DNA of 20,000 bases from an uncultured virus (IMG/VR IMGVR_UViG_3300045253_000007) (lineage: Duplodnaviria; Heunggongvirae; Uroviricota; Caudoviricetes), in the IMG/VR virus record IMGVR_UViG_3300045253_000007. One strand, 5' to 3'. Numbering within the stretch: position 1 is the stretch's first letter; each line of letters begins with the position of its first letter. The notes under the pieces are model-generated. The model was not told the origin of the DNA, searched no databases, and worked only from the letters and a program-made list of their open reading frames with translations. Below, piece by piece: positions 14,306 through 20,000 of the stretch. Both the position numbers and the translations under genes were made by a program.

Positions 14306-14959
14306 ATGACTATACCGGCACAAACACAGCGACACCACTTCGAACCGCCATGGCAGGGTGACTGCATACGCGGTTTGAGTATTACTGCCAAAGACCCTAA
14401 GGGTCCAGACGGTATTCGCGCGGTAGATACTAACTATCAGTGTACCGCCGATGGTGTTGTTTGCGCCCACTGGCAGAACGCTCGTCTTAATGGTTGTTTC
14501 TACATCGTAGTCAGCGTTGGTCGCCTAGGTGAAAAGCGTAGGGCTATGACACAAGAGGAACTAGATAGACCTATTATCAAGTGGACTACCGCCGAAGTTC
14601 TAAAGTGGCGTCGTACACGTTTCAACTACGGTACCTTTGCTTCTAAGTGGAGGGTTCATACTTGGGAAGAAATGGTGAAAGCAGCAAGGATTTTGGGTGT
14701 TACTATTTGCCCAGAACTAAAGTCAACAGAGTTTGCTACTGACCCTAATCGTGCAAGGTACATGAAGTTCATTGCCGATAAGTACCATTACACATGCTAT
14801 CCCATGACGTTGGTTACCATGAGAATGTGGCAGGGTAAGATGAAAAACTTCCATGATGCCGGGTTTGAGACGGCGTTATTGGCTCACGGTGCCCCACGAC
14901 CAACGGACCTTGCGTTTAATAGAAAATACATCAGTGCAATCTGGGGTAGTTTCGCCTAA
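14306..14959 (+). CDS. Glycerophosphodiester phosphodiesterase (GDPD)-like protein
   Basis: VDTNYQCTADGVVCAHW, WTTAEV, VHTWEEM and PELKS follow the GDPD motif order; TG-n-TATAAT 6 nt upstream (leaderless). Confidence 0.6.
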   Translation: MTIPAQTQRHHFEPPWQGDCIRGLSITAKDPKGPDGIRAVDTNYQCTADGVVCAHWQNARLNGCFYIVVSVGRLGEKRRAMTQEELDRPIIKWTTAEVLKWRRTRFNYGTFASKWRVHTWEEMVKAARILGVTICPELKSTEFATDPNRARYMKFIADKYHYTCYPMTLVTMRMWQGKMKNFHDAGFETALLAHGAPRPTDLAFNRKYISAIWGSFA

Positions 14960-14968
14960 GATTCAGGG

Positions 14969-15000
14969 TTGACACGGTACCACCAAGTGTGGTACCGTGT
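14969..15000 (+). promoter_or_regulatory. Promoter overlapping a perfect inverted repeat
   Basis: TTGACA at 14969; ACACGGTACCAC-CAAGT-GTGGTACCGTGT. Confidence 0.6.
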
Positions 15001-15028
15001 TTCCGTACCCACAACACAAGGAGTTACT

Positions 15029-15514
15029 ATGCGCATCAACAAGGGTGACCTATTCACCAGCGATTGCGAGGCACTAGGCCACGGCGTTAACGTGCGTGGA
15101 CTCATGGGAGCCGGTATCGCAAAGACGTTCAAGGAACGTTATCCAGAAAACTACCTGTCTTACGGACAGCAGTGCAAGGTCAACGGTCTAATTCCGGGCG
15201 GCGTTCTCGTTGTACCTTGTTACGAGGCAGACATGAATGCCAAGCACGTCCAGCGTTATATCGTAAATATGGCTAGCCAAAGGCAGCCCGGTCCAGACGC
15301 AACCTACTCGTGGCTTTTCTCTTCTGCTTTGGCAGCAGCCAAACAGTTGAAGTCCATCGGCGTTTACGAATGCGCCATTCCTGAGATTGGTTGTGGCATC
15401 GGCGGTCTTGAATGGCCGGTAGCGGAACTGATTCTTACTACCATTGAGCAACTCGTTCCCGGTTTCGAATGGGAAGTTTGGCAATACGCTCAGGTAACGT
15501 ACAATGAAGGTTAA
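15029..15514 (+). CDS. Macrodomain (ADP-ribose processing, DarG/TARG1-like) protein
   Basis: GDLF, HGVN..GLMGAGIA..FK.RYPE, PEIGCGIGGLEW; ATG 15029 after AAGGAG. Confidence 0.9.
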   Translation: MRINKGDLFTSDCEALGHGVNVRGLMGAGIAKTFKERYPENYLSYGQQCKVNGLIPGGVLVVPCYEADMNAKHVQRYIVNMASQRQPGPDATYSWLFSSALAAAKQLKSIGVYECAIPEIGCGIGGLEWPVAELILTTIEQLVPGFEWEVWQYAQVTYNEG

Positions 15515-15779
15515 GTTCTACAAAGGTCCATATCATGGCAAGGTGCAAGAGCACCAGATAATGAGTTTTGACTTACCAATAATTGTCGATGTGCTACCTA
15601 AGCGTTTTAGTGCAACATATTTTAATGCCAGCACGTATTATCCTACAACCATTCAAACAGACCGACACATTTATCGAATTAGGATGATGGGTGTCAAAGA
15701 CTCTACCGGCAAGATGTATCAGGCACCAGCCATGCACCCGGATGGTAGTCTTTTCTACGTATACGAAGGAAAATACTAA
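15504..15779 (+). CDS. Hypothetical protein
   Basis: 91-aa ORF overlapping its neighbours in operon fashion; N-terminal FYKGPYHG. Confidence 0.75.
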   Translation: MKVKFYKGPYHGKVQEHQIMSFDLPIIVDVLPKRFSATYFNASTYYPTTIQTDRHIYRIRMMGVKDSTGKMYQAPAMHPDGSLFYVYEGKY

Positions 15780-16267
15780 TGTGGACACTAAAACAACTTA
15801 AGTTATTACTTCGCAAGAGCGGTGGTACAACTGACTTTAGCCAGAGTGCGGTGGTTGTCTGGCCGGTATTCTACCCGGAGGACATGTTCCCGCCAAACGA
15901 CCCACATGTTACCGTCCTTTACATGCCTGATGTTAGTAACACTAATAAGAAGGACGTGATTGACGCTATCAAGAAAACAGACTGGAACACAATGCCGCTG
16001 GCTCGCGTCAGTGGACAGGAGATGTTTGGTCCGTTGAAGGACACGCCGGTACTGACGTTGGACCACGATTTCCTTGAAGAATACTGGAATCAATTGCAGG
16101 GTGAGTTTCAACTCGCTGGTATTGAGTATTCTCAGAGGTTCCCAGAGTACCGACCGCACGTCACCATCACGCAGGATGCGGTAGCGTTTGACAATTTCCC
16201 GACGCAGTTTCTTCTAGCGCCGGTAGAACTTTGGTGGCAAGAGCAGAAGGTTTCCATCAGTGACTAG
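15779..16267 (+). CDS. 2H phosphoesterase (Acb1 / 2'-5' RNA ligase superfamily)
   Basis: Two HxT motifs: PHVTVLY and FPEYRPHVTI. Confidence 0.8.
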   Translation: MWTLKQLKLLLRKSGGTTDFSQSAVVVWPVFYPEDMFPPNDPHVTVLYMPDVSNTNKKDVIDAIKKTDWNTMPLARVSGQEMFGPLKDTPVLTLDHDFLEEYWNQLQGEFQLAGIEYSQRFPEYRPHVTITQDAVAFDNFPTQFLLAPVELWWQEQKVSISD

Positions 16268-16472
16268 ATACATTGCAGAGCGCAAGGCGTTTATTGCAGT
16301 TATCATTATTGGAGGTCATCGACCGGGTGACCCAAACCAAGAACAAATAGTTGGACCTTTTATGACAAAAGGTGCAGCGGCATCTGCTATCACAGAACAT
16401 AGAAAACGTGTCTGGAAAAAGAGTTTCATTGACGGTTGGGTTGAATCTGCAACCGAGTGGGAACGTACTTGA
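16260..16472 (+). CDS. Hypothetical protein
   Basis: 70-aa ORF coupled to the upstream gene. Confidence 0.65.
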   Translation: MTRYIAERKAFIAVIIIGGHRPGDPNQEQIVGPFMTKGAAASAITEHRKRVWKKSFIDGWVESATEWERT

Positions 16473-16497
16473 CGCGCCGGTAGACATCTGATAGACT
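16469..16497 (+). promoter_or_regulatory. SigA-type promoter
   Basis: TTGACG-N17-TAGACT with TG extension and GCCGGTAG in the spacer. Confidence 0.65.
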
Positions 16498-16522
16498 ACC
16501 TCCATGACGAAGGGAGAAGACA

Positions 16523-16753
16523 ATGGCTGCAACTAAGGTAGACATTATCCGTTGGTTCCGCGAAGGAGTCAAGCAGGGTAAGAAGCGCATGATTGTTTGG
16601 TGCGATACTTACGACTACAGCGACTTTCCAGCATACACCGACAAGACCGGCGATGAACTGAAAAAGTATTGCCTTTCCGAAAATGGACATAACATGAAGC
16701 GCCTCATGGAAGTTTACGACCTTGAAGCCGACATGGACGAGCAGTTGGGATAA
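16523..16753 (+). CDS. Hypothetical protein
   Basis: 76-aa ORF, GGGAG RBS. Confidence 0.75.
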   Translation: MAATKVDIIRWFREGVKQGKKRMIVWCDTYDYSDFPAYTDKTGDELKKYCLSENGHNMKRLMEVYDLEADMDEQLG

Positions 16754-16757
16754 AACC

Positions 16758-16895
16758 GTGCGTTTCATTATTAGCCTCTACTGCAAGGTGTTTGGACACA
16801 AGTTGATTACGACTTGGAACCCAAACGAAAGGGCCAAGGGTAGCGAGGCTCAGTTCTGCCTTCGTTGCAACACTAACTATTGGAGGCTTCGATGA
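16758..16895 (+). CDS. Small C..FGHK...C.RC zinc-ribbon-like protein, 45 aa
   Basis: MRFIISLYCKVFGHK...FCLRC; fills the gap and overlaps the next ATG (ATGA). Confidence 0.65.
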   Translation: MRFIISLYCKVFGHKLITTWNPNERAKGSEAQFCLRCNTNYWRLR

Positions 16896-17125
16896 TAATG
16901 TTGAAGGATGACAATGGTTGTTGGGCCGCTTCCTGTCACAAGACTTTCACGCATACTTTGAAGATGCGCGTTCTGCCCACAGGTGACATGCCGGAATGGG
17001 AAAGCGAAATAGGATATTGTCTAGAGCACGCGCTGTACTTTGCCGCATGGTTGCCATATTGCTATCCCGGTGAACAGGAACTTATCTCAATTATGCCACC
17101 AGCAAGTGAACTATTTTCAAAATGA
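16892..17125 (+). CDS. Hypothetical protein
   Basis: GGAGG RBS; ATGA overlaps at both ends. Confidence 0.7.
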   Translation: MIMLKDDNGCWAASCHKTFTHTLKMRVLPTGDMPEWESEIGYCLEHALYFAAWLPYCYPGEQELISIMPPASELFSK

Positions 17126-17337
17126 GTTTAGTATTCGTTGACCTGTCATTTTGTAACTGGTGCCATGGTAAGATTTCGGCAACCAATTCAAAGGTTTACT
17201 TGCAGTTAAACAACAGTGGTAACGTGCGCAATGTAATGCACATGACATGTTTTGAAAAGTCTAATGCGGTCGTTAAGAGACGCGCTTCAAAAATTAAGAA
17301 TCCAGTTAGAGGATTTGGAAACAGAACAGGAGGATAG
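17122..17337 (+). CDS. Hypothetical CxxC...HxxC protein
   Basis: CNWC...HMTC; translationally coupled. Confidence 0.7.
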   Translation: MSLVFVDLSFCNWCHGKISATNSKVYLQLNNSGNVRNVMHMTCFEKSNAVVKRRASKIKNPVRGFGNRTGG

Positions 17338-17339
17338 CA

Positions 17340-18182
17340 ATGCAAATATTTATGGTTGGCGGTGCTGTCCGCGACGAGTTGCTTGGACAGAAGTCCAAGG
17401 ATTTGGATTACACCGTAGTTGTCAGTCCAGAAGAATGTTTTAATGGTCATTCTTGGGAAACTTACGACCCCTTCCGCGTCATGGTCAATAAACTAAAGTC
17501 TGACGGATATAAGATTTTTCTTGAAACTCCTGAATACTTTACTGTTCGCGCACAAACTCCTGACAAAAGAGAAACAGCCGACTTTGTTCTTGCTCGCAAA
17601 GAGGATAAGTACACCGATGGACGCAGGCCAGATAAGGTCGAGGTTGGAACACTTCTAGATGATTTGGGCCGTAGAGATTTTGGAATGAACGCTATCGCCA
17701 AGGCCGCAGACGGCTCTCTCATCGACCCGTTTAATGGTCGTGAGGATATCACCCAGCGTATTATCCGAGCCGTTGGTGACCCCGTAGAACGTCTTACAGA
17801 GGATGCTCTCAGGGCAGTCCGAGCCTTCCGCTTCGCTGTGACCAAGGGTTTCTTGATTCAGAGAGACCTTAGTAAAGCAATGGAGTCCGACGAGGTTCTT
17901 AACGCTATTGAAACCAAGATTTCTGACGAGCGCATTCAGCAGGAACTCTCCAAGGCTTTTAGGTTCGATACTGGTCTGGCCGGTAGTGTTCTATTTTACG
18001 GATATCCAGACTTGGCAGAAGCATGTTTCGCCGGTAGTGTATCACTTGACGCTACCATGAAGACAAAGGGTTTTAACAAGCCCAAGCCAGATAACAAGCG
18101 TAAAAACTTGCCAGAAGCGCGTAATGGTTGTACTTGCTCCTGTCACACAAGTGGCGGAATGCACATCTCTAAGTGCTGTTGA
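17340..18182 (+). CDS. cca: Class II tRNA nucleotidyltransferase (CCA-adding/poly(A) polymerase family)
   Basis: VGGAVRD...DLD, DLGRRDFGMNA, DPFNG, EDALRAVRAFRF, SDERI; AGGAGG RBS. Confidence 0.92.
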   Translation: MQIFMVGGAVRDELLGQKSKDLDYTVVVSPEECFNGHSWETYDPFRVMVNKLKSDGYKIFLETPEYFTVRAQTPDKRETADFVLARKEDKYTDGRRPDKVEVGTLLDDLGRRDFGMNAIAKAADGSLIDPFNGREDITQRIIRAVGDPVERLTEDALRAVRAFRFAVTKGFLIQRDLSKAMESDEVLNAIETKISDERIQQELSKAFRFDTGLAGSVLFYGYPDLAEACFAGSVSLDATMKTKGFNKPKPDNKRKNLPEARNGCTCSCHTSGGMHISKCC

Positions 18183-18193
18183 AAGGAAATAAT

Positions 18194-18382
18194 ATGAGGC
18201 TTTGTGAAAATGAAACAACTGAGGTATATCAGAACTATGGAGAAGAACTAAGTATTCTTCTTATTGATACCGCTTTGAAGGTTAATGAACTAGAAAAGTC
18301 TGAGGACTACTCTTGGTTTAATCTGACAGTTCAGACTGATATCGAAGAAGGCTACATAGTAACTCTTTACGCTCACGGTTGA
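18194..18382 (+). CDS. Hypothetical acidic protein
   Basis: ATG 18194 after AAAGGA. Confidence 0.7.
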   Translation: MRLCENETTEVYQNYGEELSILLIDTALKVNELEKSEDYSWFNLTVQTDIEEGYIVTLYAHG

Positions 18383-18407
18383 CAATCACGCGCCGGTAGT
18401 GTATAGT
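18379..18407 (+). promoter_or_regulatory. SigA-type promoter for a tRNA cluster
   Basis: TTGACA-N17-TATAGT with GCCGGTAGTG in the spacer. Confidence 0.8.
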
Positions 18408-18453
18408 AGTATTTGTTGGTGGCTGCTATAGGGTAGTAAGCGTCAACATTTAT

Positions 18454-18536
18454 GCGCCATTGGTGAAACGGTAAACACAGTAGTCTTAGAAACTACCGCC
18501 CGGACGGGTTTGAGGGTTCGACTCCCTTGTGGCGCA
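18454..18536 (+). tRNA. tRNA-Leu(TAG)
   Basis: GCGCCAT/GTGGCGC-A; GTAGT-CTTAGAA-ACTAC; long variable arm. Confidence 0.92.
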
Positions 18537-18577
18537 CAAATCCTAGTTGACATACGACAACAATAGGAGGTATCAAA

Positions 18578-18727
18578 ATGAAAGATGTTTGTGAGTTCTG
18601 TTCCGATAAGGAATGTGACGGCATTCAAACATGGGGTTCCGACCCTTATGCAAGTGAGATTAACGGCGATGACACAGATTACTTTATGTGTGAAGGTCAG
18701 CGTTGGGAGTCTGCACAAGAGATTTAG
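18578..18727 (+). CDS. Small acidic Cys-containing protein, 49 aa (MKDVCEFC...DPYASEI...)
   Basis: AGGAGG RBS 8 nt upstream; clean ORF between tRNAs. Confidence 0.75.
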   Translation: MKDVCEFCSDKECDGIQTWGSDPYASEINGDDTDYFMCEGQRWESAQEI

Positions 18728-18790
18728 TCTAAACCGCGATACGTGTTGGAAGAGATACGTTAATGGGAGCGGTATAAAAGATACCAATAT

Positions 18791-18871
18791 GCCAGTGTGG
18801 TGTAACGGCAGCCACGGCAGTTTCAAACGCTGTTGCCTTCGGGCGTGAGGGTTCGACTCCCTTCACTGGTA
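18791..18871 (+). tRNA. tRNA-Leu(CAA)
   Basis: GCCAGTG/CACTGGT-A; GCAGT-TTCAAAC-GCTGT; variable arm GCC-TTCG-GGC. Confidence 0.9.
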
Positions 18872-18879
18872 CGTAATAA

Positions 18880-18964
18880 GGAAATGTGTCCGAGAGGCTT
18901 ATGGTACAAACTTGGAAAGTTTGTGTAGGTAAAACTACCGCAGGTTCGAATCCTGTCATTTCCG
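18880..18964 (+). tRNA. tRNA-Ser(GGA)
   Basis: GGAAATG/CATTTCC-G; CAAAC-TTGGAAA-GTTTG; long variable arm. Confidence 0.93.
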
Positions 18965-19019
18965 CTGGATATGTAAGTCGCTCAATACATATAGTTAAAT
19001 TGGGTGTTTTATCCAACTC

Positions 19020-19096
19020 GTCCGCGTGGTCAAATTAGGCAAAGGCGCTCGGCTTAGACCCGAGAGATTTTGTGGGTTCGATTCCCACCGTGGATA
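19020..19096 (+). tRNA. tRNA-Leu(TAG), short variable arm
   Basis: GTCCGCG/CGTGGAT-A; CTCGG-CTTAGAC-CCGAG; GTGGG-TTCGATT-CCCAC. Confidence 0.85.
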
Positions 19097-19104
19097 CGCA
19101 ACAT

Positions 19105-19179
19105 GGTTCTGTAGAGAATTGGCATATCGCTCTGGCTTAAAACTAGAGGTCATTGTGGGTTCGAATCCCACCAGAACTA
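19105..19179 (+). tRNA. tRNA-Leu(TAA), short variable arm
   Basis: GGTTCTG/CAGAACT-A; TCTGG-CTTAAAA-CTAGA. Confidence 0.85.
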
Positions 19180-19180
19180 C

Positions 19181-19360
19181 GCATCTATAGCACAACATTC
19201 TACTAAGGATATCCGGTAAGGAATAAACGAAGGTAAGCGCACCTTCAAAGTAGCCACAAAGAGAAAACTTAGACTCTAGGTAGTACGCGAATGCCATAAG
19301 AGGGAGTGCATCTCCCGACCGGGGAAAGTATTTTGGTATGAAATCCAGATAGGTGCTCCA
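19181..19360 (+). ncRNA. 180-nt RNA with tRNA-like acceptor stem, T-arm and encoded CCA (unassigned)
   Basis: GCATCTA/TAGGTGC-T-CCA; TTTGG-TATGAAAT-CCAGA T-like arm; multi-hairpin interior. Confidence 0.6.
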
Positions 19361-19361
19361 A

Positions 19362-19435
19362 GCGTCCGTAGTTTAATTGGAAAAACCGCAGGCTTTTACC
19401 CTGTCAGACTCTCGGTTCGAATCCGAGTGGGCGTA
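19362..19435 (+). tRNA. tRNA-Lys(TTT)
   Basis: GCGTCCG/TGGGCGT-A; GCAGG-CTTTTAC-CCTGT. Confidence 0.9.
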
Positions 19436-19581
19436 CGATACGAGTAAGAAATTATTCGTAAGGGGTAACCAATCCCACTTAGTACCTTCGCCGGTATGAT
19501 GTAAGAAGAAAACTTCAAATTGGAAAGTCCCATTAAATACAGACACACCGAGATGCGCGGTACGAGTATTGTGGGCAACAA

Positions 19582-19654
19582 GCGTCTGTAGCATAATGGT
19601 AAATGCCCTTGTCTTATATACAAGTTTATTTCGGTTCAACCCCGAACGGACGTA
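19582..19654 (+). tRNA. tRNA-Ile(TAT)
   Basis: GCGTCTG/CGGACGT-A; CTTGT-CTTATAT-ACAAG; TTCGG-TTCAACC-CCGAA. Confidence 0.82.
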
Positions 19655-19766
19655 CAATAATACGGTAGAAATTATATAAACTCTACCGGGCGGCACCAGA
19701 GTTCGCGCGACGGAATCGCTTAGACATAATCATTCGCAAGATGATGAGTAGACTAGCAAAAGACAG

Positions 19767-19839
19767 GTGCTATTAGTCTCAGTGGTAGAGCGCTTCCCCG
19801 ACACGGAAGAGGTCGAAGGTTCGAATCCTTCATAGCACA
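19767..19839 (+). tRNA. tRNA-Val(GAC)
   Basis: GTGCTAT/ATAGCAC-A; CTTCC-CCGACAC-GGAAG (C33 instead of U33). Confidence 0.88.
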
Positions 19840-19924
19840 CTACCCAAGTAAACCTAGGCGGTCTAATCACTACCGGGCTAACCTAGGGAGCCATTGGCTC
19901 GGGCAGGCATACAAAAGTGATTAT

Positions 19925-20000
19925 GGAAGATGAAACTTGATGGTGATGGTGCCTCCCTGCTAAGGAGTGCGGTCCTGAAAGGGGCTTAGGTTCGAGTCCT
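19925..20000 (+). tRNA. tRNA-Ser(GCT), truncated by window end
   Basis: GGAAGAT start; CTCC-CTGCTAA-GGAG; long variable arm; AGG-TTCGAGT-CCT. Confidence 0.85.

Noticed and set aside
259..17845. Remaining minus-strand ORFs and nested alternative-frame ORFs
   Set aside because: Antisense or frame shadows of well-supported + strand genes and tRNAs; all promoters I found face +.
18443..19696. ORF 18585-18848(+) and minus-strand ORFs across the right-hand tRNA cluster
   Set aside because: They overlap tRNA genes; the RBS-supported gene is 18578-18727 in another frame.
1..20000. Stop-codon reassignment implied by the UUA-anticodon tRNA
   Set aside because: Conserved genes are full length in the standard code and end in TAA, TGA or TAG with normal coupling.
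1..20000. CRISPR array or tandem repeats
   Set aside because: Recurrent GGTTCGAATCC strings are tRNA T arms; no regularly spaced direct repeats were seen.

Overview
This window is part of a large dsDNA bacteriophage genome, probably with an actinobacterial or other Gram-positive host (inferred from SigA-type TTGACA-N17-TANNNT promoters, many leaderless genes and an LPXTG protein). Essentially everything is on the + strand. It is a dense RNA-gene island with about 35 tRNA or tRNA-like genes (several non-canonical), a tmRNA with an unusually long tag, a ~790-nt GOLLD-like RNA and several unassigned structured spacer RNAs. The standout is a ~220-nt minimal RNase P RNA with an intact catalytic domain and a strongly reduced specificity domain. 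Protein genes include a class II tRNA nucleotidyltransferase, a Prs-like + Nampt-like pair (NARP1 NAD+ reconstitution architecture), an ATP-dependent DNA ligase, an HNH endonuclease, GNAT, RyR-domain, GDPD-like, macrodomain and 2H-phosphoesterase (Acb1-like) proteins, plus many small ORFs. By manual scan GATC and AGCT appear absent and (C)CGGTA is strongly enriched. All calls are by eye; no database searches were run.
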